From assembly GCA_035285865.1 (NCBI GenBank), contig JAYKHS010000028.1, positions 151,938 through 215,937 of the forward strand: a DNA stretch of 64,000 nucleotides. The letters run 5' to 3'. Positions within the stretch are counted from its first letter, which is position 1. Each line of letters starts with the position of its first letter. This DNA comes from Candidatus Sericytochromatia bacterium (lineage in GTDB: Bacteria; Cyanobacteriota; Sericytochromatia; S15B-MN24; VGJW01). The notes under the pieces were generated by a model. The model was given only the letters and a program-made list of their open reading frames with translations, searched no databases and was not told where the DNA came from. This document shows, piece after piece, positions 27,658 to 40,559 of the stretch. The translations under genes were made by a program, and so were the position numbers.

Positions 27658-29061
27658 GTGCGCGTCCGCAGCCCCAGCGTCTGGGCCTTGCCTGGCCTGT
27701 TGCTGCTTGCGGGTTGTGATGTCCTGCTGCTTTCGCCGACGATGCCGGGTCTGGTGCCGGGCATCGGGCAACCCCTTCGTGGCCAGGTGCTTGATGCGCT
27801 GACAGGCTTGCCGTTGGGCGGTGCGTCGGTGGTCGGGGACGTGGGGTGGACCACCACGGGGTCGGACGGTCGCTTCGAGCTGTATGGGGCTGTCTCGCGC
27901 CAGGTCATCTCGCTGGCACGTGCCGGCTACACATCCGAGACCCTGGCGACGGGGCCGGTCGAGGACGGGCGGGCCTACTACCTGTCGCCGCTCTTTCCGG
28001 CGACGGGAAACCTCAAGGCCCGGTTCGCCACGGTCCTGGGATCAGCCGTCGTTTCGGGCAACGTTCCGGCTGCCTCGGGCGAAGTGGTCTTCGCCGGCCT
28101 GAAGTCCGGACGCATCAACCAGGGGCGTTATGCCATCGTCATGGATCCCGCCAGCGGCTTGCCGGGGTCCATCTTCTCGGGCGTGCTGGCCGGCGGTGAG
28201 GTGATCGACGGGCCCATCGACGCGCCTGACGCCCCTTTCCAGTTTCGCAGCTTCGGCATGCAGACCATCGATGTCCCGTTCACGGCGGCGGCCAACCCCG
28301 CGACCACGTCGGTCTCGACACCGCTGGTGCTCGAACAGCAGCGGATGACCGGTCTCGAGATCAGCTATGCCAACACCACGTGGGCGCGCGAGGTTCGCAG
28401 TTCCGTGACCTTGGACTTCGGTTTGATGGGGTCCGTGCCGGTGGCTCGCGGGTCCGGAACCGCCCAGTCTCTGCGCGTGCCATCCATACAGGGAACGAAG
28501 ACGGTGCTCGAGGGTCTGGCCGTCGATGCCCAGGGCGAGCGCGTCAGCAAGGTGACGATCACGACCAACATGCTTGCCAAGGTTCCCTTCGACTTGCTGA
28601 CCCCCCCGGACGGTGTCGAGCCGGCTTCGGGCTCCGAGGGCGTCGGGGGCTGGCCCGGCTTCGCGTGGCGGGCCGTGCCCGGGGCGGATGCATACCTGGT
28701 GCAGGTCTATGAGCCGGGCATTGCACAGCCCAAGTGGCGTGGACGCACCCGGGGCACCTCGATCTCGTTTGGGCGTTTCGGGGATGGCGACGCGAACGGC
28801 GCCGCCCTGCTGCCCGGTACGGACTACACTTGGGAGGTGCATGCCCTGAGCTCCCAGGTCGAGGTTGCAGGAGCCGGCATGGGCGCGAGGTCACCTGACC
28901 CGCTTGATCCAGCGGTGGACCCGAGTCCGTGGTTGCTCACACCGGGTCAGGGCATGCCCGGCGTGTGGCCCCGTATGCTCGGTGAGGCTGCTCCCCCGAT
29001 GCGCCCCTTCCGCAGCAAGAGCCGGGAGTCCGTACGGCGCGGCATGGGATTCCGCCGATGA
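27658..29061 (+). CDS. Lipoprotein with carboxypeptidase-regulatory-like and Fn3-like domains
   Basis: Lipobox LAGC; GQVLDALTGLPL-GA-V...T-SDG-F; W-AVPGADAY-V and L-PGTDYTWEV. Confidence 0.65.
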   Translation: MRVRSPSVWALPGLLLLAGCDVLLLSPTMPGLVPGIGQPLRGQVLDALTGLPLGGASVVGDVGWTTTGSDGRFELYGAVSRQVISLARAGYTSETLATGPVEDGRAYYLSPLFPATGNLKARFATVLGSAVVSGNVPAASGEVVFAGLKSGRINQGRYAIVMDPASGLPGSIFSGVLAGGEVIDGPIDAPDAPFQFRSFGMQTIDVPFTAAANPATTSVSTPLVLEQQRMTGLEISYANTTWAREVRSSVTLDFGLMGSVPVARGSGTAQSLRVPSIQGTKTVLEGLAVDAQGERVSKVTITTNMLAKVPFDLLTPPDGVEPASGSEGVGGWPGFAWRAVPGADAYLVQVYEPGIAQPKWRGRTRGTSISFGRFGDGDANGAALLPGTDYTWEVHALSSQVEVAGAGMGARSPDPLDPAVDPSPWLLTPGQGMPGVWPRMLGEAAPPMRPFRSKSRESVRRGMGFRR

Positions 29062-30341
29062 GCAGATGCATCCTCGGTGGGTGGGCATTGCCCCTGCTCG
29101 TGGCCTGTCAGACCTTGCCGCCTTGGCCTGCGACCGTGTCGGCGGCGCGAGCCGACCGGTTCCTCGTCTCATTCGCGCAACCCGTGGCCGTGGAGCGTGC
29201 CTCGGGATGGGGAGACGGCTATCGTGCCCGGGCGCTGTCGGACCATGTGCTGCTGATCCGGTCGGATGCTCCGATGCCGCTGTCCGAGGCCGTGGCCCGT
29301 TGGCAGGGCTTGCCCGGGGTGCGCCACATCGAGGAGGATCGCCTCGTGCGACCGGCGTGGTGGGGAGCATGGCGCGGGCGACTCAAGCCGGTTCTTCCGG
29401 CTTTCGGCCTTGGCATCCAGGCGGTCGATCCCCTGACGCCGGAAGGCGCGGGCGGAGCGGGGTTGCCTGGTCAATGGGCGGTGGGTGCGCTGGGCTTGGA
29501 GGCGGTATGGGCTCGAAGTCAGGGCGAGGGCGTCACGGTTGCGGTCCTGGATACGGGTGTGGATGCCACTCATCCTGATCTGGCCCCAAACCTCGAGGCC
29601 GGGCTTAATCTGGTCGAAGGTGGCAATCTGCCGCCCACCGATGATTTCGGCCACGGTACCCACGTTGCGGGCATCGTCGGGGCAGCCCTGAACAACCGTG
29701 GTGTCGTGGGCACGGCGCCACGTTGCCGGATCCTGCCGGTGCGCGTGCTCGGGGTAGAGGGTGGCACCACCGCTGCCCTGATCGAAGGTCTCGATGCCGC
29801 GCGGAGGCGGGGGGCACAGGTCGCCAACCTCAGCCTTGGATCGGCCCAGGTCAGCCGGATCGAGGCAGACGAAATGGCCCGCGCCGTCGGTCAGGGGATG
29901 ATCGTGGTTGCAGCGGCCGGTAATGAGGCTCTGTCAGGTAATCCGATCGAGTACCCGGCGGCTCTTACGGGCGTCATCTCGGTCGCGGCCCTGGGCCTCG
30001 CCGGAAAGGATGCTTCGGGTGCTCCGGTCATGGTGCGTGCCGCCTTCTCCAATCACAACCCCTTCAATGCGGTGGCAGCCCCCGGCGTCGACATCCTCTC
30101 GACCGTGCCGCTTTCGCTTTTCCCAGACGCGACTTCGGTCGGAGCAGGCTATGCTTACGCAAGTGGAACGTCCATGGCGAGTCCGCTGGTGGCCGGTGTC
30201 GCAGCCCTGATGCTTGCCCGCAAGGTTCCGGCGGCGCAGGTTCGTGCCCGGTTGCAGGAGACGGCGCGGGATCTGGGCGCCCCCGGATCGGACGACCTGC
30301 ACGGCGCCGGCCTCGTTCAACCGGCAAGCGCCGTGCCTTGA
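29058..30341 (+). CDS. S8 subtilisin-like serine protease (lipoprotein)
   Basis: Lipobox LVAC; catalytic VLDTG, HGTHVAG, AAGN and GTSMASP. Confidence 0.9.
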   Translation: MSRCILGGWALPLLVACQTLPPWPATVSAARADRFLVSFAQPVAVERASGWGDGYRARALSDHVLLIRSDAPMPLSEAVARWQGLPGVRHIEEDRLVRPAWWGAWRGRLKPVLPAFGLGIQAVDPLTPEGAGGAGLPGQWAVGALGLEAVWARSQGEGVTVAVLDTGVDATHPDLAPNLEAGLNLVEGGNLPPTDDFGHGTHVAGIVGAALNNRGVVGTAPRCRILPVRVLGVEGGTTAALIEGLDAARRRGAQVANLSLGSAQVSRIEADEMARAVGQGMIVVAAAGNEALSGNPIEYPAALTGVISVAALGLAGKDASGAPVMVRAAFSNHNPFNAVAAPGVDILSTVPLSLFPDATSVGAGYAYASGTSMASPLVAGVAALMLARKVPAAQVRARLQETARDLGAPGSDDLHGAGLVQPASAVP

Positions 30342-30363
30342 TGACCCTGATCGGAGCGTAACC

Positions 30364-31353
30364 ATGTCCCCCGTGTTCGAAGAACGTCGACCCGAGTTGC
30401 TGGGCGTGGCTCCCGAGCCGCTGGTCGCTGTCTGGCGAGGCCCTCACGTGGAGAGCATGCACCTGGGCTGGTTCGTGCTGGTAGACGCTGGCGGCGCAGT
30501 CGAAGAGATGACGCCCGGCGCTCCCCGGGTCTTTGCACGCTCTACGGCCAAGCCCTTCCAGGCCTTGCCTCTTCTGAGAACCGGTGCGGCGGCAGCCTTC
30601 GGTTTCGAGGAGCGCCATCTTGCGCTGACATGCGCGTCACATGCCGGAGAGGCCATGCATCAGGAGGGTGTCAAGGCCATTCTGGAGTTGGCCGGGCTGC
30701 AGGAGACCATGCTGGGTTGCGGCATGCATGCCCCATTCTCGGCCCCTCGGTCGGCTCCGGGCCTGCTGGCCAACAATTGCTCTGGCAAGCACTCGGGCAT
30801 GCTGGCCACGTGTCGCCATCAGGGCTGGACCACGGAAGATTATCTGGACCCGGGGCACCCCTTGCAGCAGGCCATCGCGGGCATCCTCGAGGAATTGGGG
30901 GGCGTCTGGCCCGAGAGCGAGCCCGATGGTTGCAGCGCGCCCTCATGGCACCTGCCGCTCGAGGCCCTTGCGCGTGCGTTCTCCGCCCTGCGTCGGGATG
31001 CCGACGGCGCGCGCCTGCTGGCGGCCATGGCCGTGCATCCGTTGTTGGTCGCCGGGACGGGGCGCCGGGATTCCGTGCTGATGGAGGCCACGGGTGGGCG
31101 TCTCGTCTCCAAGGGTGGCGCAGAGGGCGTGACGGTCGGGGTCTGTCGGGTTTCGGGCCGGGCGTGGGCCATCAAGATCGCGGACGGGACCTCGCGGGCG
31201 GTAGGACCTGCGCTATTGGCTTTCCTGCTCCGGTTCGGCCTGATTGAAGCGAGCGAGGCTCGTGGCTTGGCCTCGCTCGCTCAGCCCGAACTGCGCAATC
31301 ATGCCGGCATCAAGGTCGGTCGCCTGTCCGGTGCGGGGCGCCTGATCGCCTGA
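30364..31353 (+). CDS. L-asparaginase class 3 (Rhizobium etli type)
   Basis: RSTAKPFQ, CASH, NNCSGKH, DGC and SKGGAEG. Confidence 0.85.
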   Translation: MSPVFEERRPELLGVAPEPLVAVWRGPHVESMHLGWFVLVDAGGAVEEMTPGAPRVFARSTAKPFQALPLLRTGAAAAFGFEERHLALTCASHAGEAMHQEGVKAILELAGLQETMLGCGMHAPFSAPRSAPGLLANNCSGKHSGMLATCRHQGWTTEDYLDPGHPLQQAIAGILEELGGVWPESEPDGCSAPSWHLPLEALARAFSALRRDADGARLLAAMAVHPLLVAGTGRRDSVLMEATGGRLVSKGGAEGVTVGVCRVSGRAWAIKIADGTSRAVGPALLAFLLRFGLIEASEARGLASLAQPELRNHAGIKVGRLSGAGRLIA

Positions 31354-31354
31354 T

Positions 31355-31789
31355 TCAGGGACGCGGCAGGGTGGCGTCGCCCCCACGGGACGTGGCAAGT
31401 CCCACGCGCTGGACGCCGCTGGCCTTCAGGCGGTCGATGACCGAGACGACCTTGTCGAAGGCCAGCCGCTTGTCCGCGGCGACGACCACGGCAAGGTCAT
31501 CCTTGTCCTGCCGCAGGCGGCGGATGCGTGCTTCGAAGGCCTCCGGGGCGATGGCGTTGCCCTCGAGTTGAAGGGTGCCATCTTCGAGAATCTGGACCAC
31601 CGTCGCGGGTGGCGACTTCTCGGACGCGCGGCTGCTAGGCAGCTCGGCCTTGAGGGCTTCCGAGATCTGGGGCAGGAAAGCCATCACCATCAGGAACAGC
31701 GTCACGATCATGAAGACGTCGATCATCGGGACCACTTCGAACCGTGGTTCCCTGCGGCGACGCCGGGACGCGCCCCTCGGATCAGCCAC
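31355..31789 (-). CDS. exbD: ExbD/TolR family protein
   Basis: PMIDVF-IVTLFLMV (conserved Asp in the TM), ADK, and V-VID-LK-SG. Confidence 0.85.
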   Translation of the reverse strand: MADPRGASRRRRREPRFEVVPMIDVFMIVTLFLMVMAFLPQISEALKAELPSSRASEKSPPATVVQILEDGTLQLEGNAIAPEAFEARIRRLRQDKDDLAVVVAADKRLAFDKVVSVIDRLKASGVQRVGLATSRGGDATLPRP

Positions 31790-32399
31790 GCTCCGCCACC
31801 TCCGCCGCTGTGACGGGGGCCGGGGGCTGCCGGGGCTGCCGGGAAGGCAAGGGACCTTCGAGCGTGCTGCCCAGCGTGTCGGCAAAGGCATCCAGACGGT
31901 TCTGCAGGGCGTGGTGGGCCAGTGCGGCGAGGATGGCCACGACGAGACCCCCCGCCGTTGCCACCAGGGCTTCCGAGATGCCGCGCGACAGCTCGTTCAG
32001 GGGGTCGGTGGGTCGCACGGCGGCAACCTTGGCGAAGTTCTGAATCATGCCCGAGACCGTGCCGAGCAAGCCGAAAAGCGGCGAGATGGCCGCGATGACG
32101 TTGAGCCAGGCGACGCGTCGCTCGACGGCGGACAGTGCGCCGGCCGCGAAGCGTTGGCGGGCGTCGGGGGAAGCCTCGGGGTGGGCCAGGGCCCATGCCA
32201 TGGTCCGGCTGAACAGGTCCGCAGGGGCTCCCTTGCGGGTGATCGCGCGGTCCCCTTCTTCCCACGCGTCGCGCTGACGTTCGCTGCGGGCCAGCAGCCA
32301 ACCCACCTCGAAGATGATGGCGAGGCTGACGATCGAGGCGAGGACGATGGGAAACATCATCCAGCCGCCAAGCCGCAGTGTGTCGAGAATCTCGAGCAT
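31782..32399 (-). CDS. exbB: MotA/TolQ/ExbB proton channel protein
   Basis: GGWMMFP, SPLFGLLGTVSGMI-F and GISEALVATAGGL. Confidence 0.85.
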   Translation of the reverse strand: MLEILDTLRLGGWMMFPIVLASIVSLAIIFEVGWLLARSERQRDAWEEGDRAITRKGAPADLFSRTMAWALAHPEASPDARQRFAAGALSAVERRVAWLNVIAAISPLFGLLGTVSGMIQNFAKVAAVRPTDPLNELSRGISEALVATAGGLVVAILAALAHHALQNRLDAFADTLGSTLEGPLPSRQPRQPPAPVTAAEVAERG

Positions 32400-32549
32400 C
32401 GGTCACTCCCGGGACGCGACGGACCCTGTCGGTCCACGTCACGAAGACGATGGCGGACGGGACCGGGTTCCATCACGCCGGAAGGCCCCCCGTGTCGTCA
32501 AGGGCGCGCGTCACGTGCGAGGCGGGGCGCGTCCGGGCATAGGGGACGC

Positions 32550-32852
32550 ATGAGCGCGCCCCGGACCCGTTTCGATCTCGTTTCCCGTGGCATGGGCCGC
32601 GTGGCCGGTGGCGTGGTCCTCTGGCTCATCGGGGGTGTCCTGTACCTCGCCCAACCCTCCGCTGCGGCGGGCATGTTGGTGTTCGGGACCTGCCTGCTTG
32701 CCCTCGGAGCGTGGGAGATCATGAAGGGTCGCCAAGCCGCGCAGCGCAGTGTGGGGTGTCCGGGATGCGGCACGCGGAACGACGTGCTCTCCGAGGTCGA
32801 GACCTTTGCCTGCTACCAGTGCGGCAAAGTCCTGCGGTTGCCACCCGCCTGA
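32550..32852 (+). CDS. Small membrane protein with C-terminal zinc ribbon
   Basis: Two TM helices followed by CPGC...CYQC. Confidence 0.6.
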   Translation: MSAPRTRFDLVSRGMGRVAGGVVLWLIGGVLYLAQPSAAAGMLVFGTCLLALGAWEIMKGRQAAQRSVGCPGCGTRNDVLSEVETFACYQCGKVLRLPPA

Positions 32853-32894
32853 AGTGGCGTCGGCGCGTGATCTGCGCCACCGTTACCGGGTTTT

Positions 32895-32975
32895 CAGGTT
32901 AAGAGTTTATTAAAAATGGGGCTCACCCCTTGAGCATAAGTAAAGGGCCTGTTAAGTTAGGTGCAGGTTAAGTCG
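32895..32975. promoter_or_regulatory. AT-rich region with 11-bp-phased TTAA repeats upstream of the S8 protease
   Basis: TTAA at 32899/32910; TAAA/TTAA at 32941/32952; TTAG/TTAA at 32957/32968. Confidence 0.45.
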
Positions 32976-33121
32976 CGGTTGCGTTTGGCTGAAGCGACGG
33001 CCTTCTTCATATAGTTCCCGGTTTCCAGGCAACGTCATTTCTCAGGCCTCAGGCCTTCGCAATAGCTCGTTCCTCCCTTCCCAACTTGCTCGGGCCCAGT
33101 GCCCATTCAGGAGTCTACCGG

Positions 33122-34408
33122 ATGAAGAAGTTCGCTCTGCTCGCCTCGCTCGCGGTCGCCGCCGGCACCGTCGGTTGCGGTACGTCCCCCGTTGCGCAGT
33201 CCCAGGCCCTTGGTGGTCAGGTCAACCTGTCGGCCGCTGCCGTACCCGGTCAGGTGCTCGTCAAGCTCAAGCCCGGCGCCAACGCGATGGGTGTGATGGC
33301 TGCCCGCTCCGCGATGGGTCTCCGCAGCGTCGCCGCCCAGAGCGCCACCCTCAACCGCATGGGCTGGACGATGATGTCGTTCGATGCCAGCCGGACTAAC
33401 CTCGCCAGCGTCATCGGTGCCCTCTCGACGGATGCTTCCGTGGCCTATGCCGAGCCCAACTATGTGGCCACCGTGTCCGATTTCCGGCCGATCCGCCCGG
33501 GTGTCGGCGCCACCGGCAAGGCTGGTTACAACGATCCGATGGCCGGCGACCAGTACACCCTGGACAAGGTCGAGACCGCAGCCGCGCACGCCGTGACCGA
33601 GGGTTCCGAGAAGACCCTTCTCGCCATCGTGGACACCGGCGTCGACTACAACCACCCGGATTTCGCCACTCGTGACGGTCGCGGCAGCCGCGTCGTCAAG
33701 GGCAAGGACTTCGCCAACATGGACAATGATCCGATGGACATGCACGGCCACGGCACCCACTGTGCGGGTATTGCTGCCGCCACCTCGAACAACGGCGAGG
33801 GCATCGTCGGCCAGGCTCCTGGCGTCCGCATCCTGGCGGTCAAGGTTCTCGGCGACAACGGTTCGGGCAGCTACGGTGGTGTCGCCAACGGCATCATCTA
33901 TGCCGCCGACCAGGGTTCCTCGGTCATCAGCATGAGCCTCGGTGGCCCGAGCAGCTCGAAGGTTGTCGAGGACGCCTGCAAATACGCCATCTCGAAGGGC
34001 TCGCTCGTGATTGCCGCGATGGGCAATGATGGCCGCAAGGTCAAGAGCTTCCCGGCCGCCATTCCCGGCGTGATGGCCGTCGGTTCCACCAACGTGTCCG
34101 AGAAGCGCAGCAGCTACTCGAACTTCGGCGAGTGGATCTCGCTCGGCGCTCCTGGTGAGGCCATCCTGTCGACGCTGCCGACCAAGGGCAGCCAGATGGG
34201 CAAGGTCTACGGCAAGGCCAGCGGCACCTCGATGGCGACCCCTTGCGCAGCCGGCGTGGCAGCCCTGGTTCGTGACCTGCACCCCGAGTGGGATGCCGCG
34301 ATGGTTCGGGCTCACCTCGAGCGGACCAGCGACGACCTCGGCGACAAGGGCTTCGACATCCAGTTCGGCCACGGTCGCATCAACGCTCGTCGCGCCGTCA
34401 CCGAGTAG
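33122..34408 (+). CDS. S8 subtilisin/thermitase-like protease (lipoprotein)
   Basis: AGGAG RBS, lipobox TVGC, prodomain (YAEPNY), IVDTG, HGTHCAG and GTSMATP. Confidence 0.95.
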   Translation: MKKFALLASLAVAAGTVGCGTSPVAQSQALGGQVNLSAAAVPGQVLVKLKPGANAMGVMAARSAMGLRSVAAQSATLNRMGWTMMSFDASRTNLASVIGALSTDASVAYAEPNYVATVSDFRPIRPGVGATGKAGYNDPMAGDQYTLDKVETAAAHAVTEGSEKTLLAIVDTGVDYNHPDFATRDGRGSRVVKGKDFANMDNDPMDMHGHGTHCAGIAAATSNNGEGIVGQAPGVRILAVKVLGDNGSGSYGGVANGIIYAADQGSSVISMSLGGPSSSKVVEDACKYAISKGSLVIAAMGNDGRKVKSFPAAIPGVMAVGSTNVSEKRSSYSNFGEWISLGAPGEAILSTLPTKGSQMGKVYGKASGTSMATPCAAGVAALVRDLHPEWDAAMVRAHLERTSDDLGDKGFDIQFGHGRINARRAVTE

Positions 34409-34426
34409 TTCGGTCCCGATGCCCGG

Positions 34427-34466
34427 ACGGGGCAGTCATCCACAGGATGACTGCCCCGTTTCTGTT
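34427..34466 (+). terminator. Intrinsic terminator
   Basis: Perfect 15-bp stem ACGGGGCAGTCATCC/GGATGACTGCCCCGT followed by TTCTGTT. Confidence 0.8.
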
Positions 34467-34489
34467 CGGGTCTCCTGTCCGGGGGTGGC

Positions 34490-34530
34490 CGACAAGCAGA
34501 ACACCCCTACCCAATCGGGCAGGGGTGTTC
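34490..34530 (-). terminator. Intrinsic terminator for the convergent minus-strand genes
   Basis: GAACACCCCT..AGGGGTGTTC inverted repeat followed by a short T-containing tail on the minus strand. Confidence 0.55.
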
Positions 34531-34566
34531 GTGTCGACCGTAGGCCGGACTCTCGATCGTCCGGAT

Positions 34567-34824
34567 TCAGGTCGGCAGGGGCTCGCGCCCCGACCGCGTC
34601 AGGACCGTGTCCAGAAGCGTGTCGATCAAGGGGCCCCGATGCCCCAGCAGGGTTTCCGAAAGCCCTGGAGCCGATTCAGGATAAAGCTCCACTTCGACCT
34701 CGGCATCCGGCAGCCACGTGACGGTCCAGAGGGTCTGATACCGTCTGGCGCCGACGGACAGTTCCATCACGCCACAGCACGTATCACCATCATGTCGTTC
34801 GATGTCGATGGCCTGAATGCGCAT
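34567..34824 (-). CDS. Small hypothetical protein
   Basis: GGAG RBS and ATG; 85 aa MRIQAIDIE..., ends before the terminator. Confidence 0.4.
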   Translation of the reverse strand: MRIQAIDIERHDGDTCCGVMELSVGARRYQTLWTVTWLPDAEVEVELYPESAPGLSETLLGHRGPLIDTLLDTVLTRSGREPLPT

Positions 34825-34933
34825 GGTCGGGGCTCCGTCGTCCCCCCGGCTACTTGCCGGGACCAGCTTCAGGCTAGCAGCGGCCGTCGGTTGCAGGCTG
34901 GCATGTCTGTCACCAAATTGTTGGTGCAGAACG

Positions 34934-35650
34934 CTACATGTAGCTGCCGTCAGGACCGCGGACCTGGCCGCTGCGCACGGCATGCGTGAGGCCGTCCACG
35001 GATCGCAGCAGAAGACCCCCGTCCTCGGTGAGCCCTTCGATGGTTCCCGACAAGCTGCTGCCGTCCGGGCGCAACCATGTGCCCGGACGGCCGATGCTCA
35101 GGCAGGTCGACGCATAGCGTTGCCGGATGGTTGCGGCATCCAGGGGGGTCCCGAGTGCCTCATCCAGGGCATCCACCCAGGCGTCCGCGGGTGGCACGGG
35201 GACAGAGAAGGCGCCAATCCACGTGGCCTCGGGCAGGGTACTGGGGACCAGGTTCAGGCCGATTCCCAGGATGATGCCGCCATGGCCCGGAGACTCCGCG
35301 AGCACGCCGCCCCACTTCCGTGCCGGTCCGGTTTGCGGGACGTGCACCAGATCGTTGACCCACTTCAGGCCACAGGCTGCGAGGTCGATCCCCAGGCTGC
35401 CCGCGGCATCGAGAACACAGAGGCCTGCCCGATGGGTCGTCCAGGGATCCTTGGCACGATCGGGAAGCCACCAGGAGGCCGAAAGGTTGCCCGGCGGTGC
35501 CACCCACGTCCGCCCCCGCTGGCCGTGGCCGCTCGTTTGTCGGGTGGTCCACACGACGAAGGGGATGGCAGGGTCGTGGCCCGCGGCCAGTCTGCGACGC
35601 GCTTCGCGCGAGGTGGAGTCGACCTCGGGCAGGAATGTCCTCAGGCCCAC
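34934..35650 (-). CDS. birA: Biotin-protein ligase (BirA without HTH)
   Basis: VDSTS, QTSGHGQRGRTW, LKWVND, KWGGVLAE and GIGLN; C-terminal G-LLL. Confidence 0.85.
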   Translation of the reverse strand: MGLRTFLPEVDSTSREARRRLAAGHDPAIPFVVWTTRQTSGHGQRGRTWVAPPGNLSASWWLPDRAKDPWTTHRAGLCVLDAAGSLGIDLAACGLKWVNDLVHVPQTGPARKWGGVLAESPGHGGIILGIGLNLVPSTLPEATWIGAFSVPVPPADAWVDALDEALGTPLDAATIRQRYASTCLSIGRPGTWLRPDGSSLSGTIEGLTEDGGLLLRSVDGLTHAVRSGQVRGPDGSYM

Positions 35651-35681
35651 TGCGAGGCTTCCGTGGCCCGGAGTGCACGCA

Positions 35682-35711
35682 TTGACGCGATCTCGGCGAG
35701 CCTGCTAGACT
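35682..35711 (+). promoter_or_regulatory. sigma70-type promoter of rpoB
   Basis: TTGACG-18 bp-TAGACT with an extended -10 TG. Confidence 0.6.
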
Positions 35712-35831
35712 GTGTATTCCGCATATTGTGGGATAACGCGTTTCCTGCTGCCCGTGCGTCCTTGCTCTTTCGTGTGTTTCGGGAAGAGTCGCGGCGTGTC
35801 GAGGGGCAAGTGATAGACGAAGGGTGGAAGC

Positions 35832-39173
<3,342 letters not shown>

Positions 39174-39190
39174 CCCACATGCCGAGCTTG

Positions 39191-39232
39191 GCGCCCCTTC
39201 CCGAATCCCGGGAGGGGGCGTCGTTGCTTGTT
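39191..39232 (+). terminator. Intrinsic terminator after rpoB
   Basis: GCGCCCCTTCCCG/CGGGAGGGGGCGT stem followed by CGTTGCTTGTT. Confidence 0.65.
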
Positions 39233-39295
39233 GGGTGGTTAAGCCGTCTGCTGGCGAGGGTACGCATGCAGTATCCGGACCGTCAGGGAGGTCCC

Positions 39296-40429
39296 ATGCG
39301 GAATATTGTGCGTCGACTCGGTATGGGGGCGCTCAGCCTCGCTCTGGGTGCGTGCGCCTCGCCCGCCCTGACGCGTGCGCAGGCGCCAGCGGGCGGCGAT
39401 GTCTCACAGCTTGGCCAACTGCCGGGGTTCGATGTCACGCCCCAGGCAGGACTGGTCGGCAGGGTCGTCTGGCCTGATTCCGCACGTCGGTTGATGGCTA
39501 CCCAGGATGAGGTGGCCAGACGGGCCCGTGTCGGCCTCTTGCAGCCTTCTGGATCCGGTCAGTTCCGAACGGTCTACACCGCTCTGACAGACGAGTTTGG
39601 CAACTTCCAATTTCCTGCCGAGGTGACTGAAGGGGCCAATGGCATTCCGATCGATCCGTCGAAGGTTCTCATCCTGCAAGCAGAGAACGGCCTTAGCAAC
39701 AATGCGGCTGGTTCCAGTTCGGCTCGGTTGCGAACTTTCCTGACGCGTGTGGGGCAGGGTTCGACCGGATACCGCAGCACGTATGTCGATGATCAGAACT
39801 CCGGCATTGTCAACATCGATTTGAACACGACGGCGATGGCGGTCATCAAGTCGCTTCGGGACCAGTCACGCGTTCCTGCCGGCGACATCGTCGCTTTCAT
39901 CCAGTCGGTCACGCCCAAGACAAGCACGGCGAACCCTGCGGTGGTTGGCGCCAAGGAGTCGGTGCTGATCGTCCCCAACTCCGAGTTCCAGACGGTCTCG
40001 ACCTTGGTGGCCAATGTCCTTACGGGCAATCGTGATCCTCTGGCTGCCATCGAACTCAGGGATGCCGAGTCCAACCCACGGCGCTACCTCATCAAGTCCG
40101 AGTCCCAACCCGTCATCCAGGATGTGCGCTACATCGGGACCGGCGCCCCGCGCACCGTGTTCCAACCACTGGATCCCGTTCGGGTGTCCGGGGTCAATCT
40201 TCCGTACTACAGCCAAGGGGTGCTCGAGTTCCAAGGGAAGTCGGGGATCCTGACGGCACCTATCACGGGCGCGGATCTCGAGCAGAATACGTATCTGGAC
40301 ACGCAGGTGCCGCTGGACGTGGTTACGGGCATTGCCCAGTTGCGCTATGTGGCGATCAACGGAACCTTGGCCTATGCCACGATGTCGGTCGTGACGCCCC
40401 TCGGGGGATCGCTTACCCCCAGTCGTTGA
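39296..40429 (+). CDS. Lipoprotein, cluster family A (N-domain paralogous to 48510-50969) with IPT/TIG-like domain
   Basis: GGGAGG RBS, lipobox LGAC; P-I-DV...VRVSG-NL...QVP IPT-like segment. Confidence 0.75.
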   Translation: MRNIVRRLGMGALSLALGACASPALTRAQAPAGGDVSQLGQLPGFDVTPQAGLVGRVVWPDSARRLMATQDEVARRARVGLLQPSGSGQFRTVYTALTDEFGNFQFPAEVTEGANGIPIDPSKVLILQAENGLSNNAAGSSSARLRTFLTRVGQGSTGYRSTYVDDQNSGIVNIDLNTTAMAVIKSLRDQSRVPAGDIVAFIQSVTPKTSTANPAVVGAKESVLIVPNSEFQTVSTLVANVLTGNRDPLAAIELRDAESNPRRYLIKSESQPVIQDVRYIGTGAPRTVFQPLDPVRVSGVNLPYYSQGVLEFQGKSGILTAPITGADLEQNTYLDTQVPLDVVTGIAQLRYVAINGTLAYATMSVVTPLGGSLTPSR

Positions 40430-40559
40430 CCGACTTCAGCCAGGCGGCTTGGCTGGCGCGCCCGGTGCGTGACGTCGAGTGCTGGCTTGCGCGGCGCGAC
40501 GGGCCAGAACGGCCTGCTCTGCCGCCGGCCAGACGCCGCGGGCCGCAGGCCCAACCTCG

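Noticed and set aside
25254..27908. 884-aa minus-strand ORF
   Set aside because: Its 5' half is antisense to the well-supported oxidoreductase; only 25254-26558 was retained.
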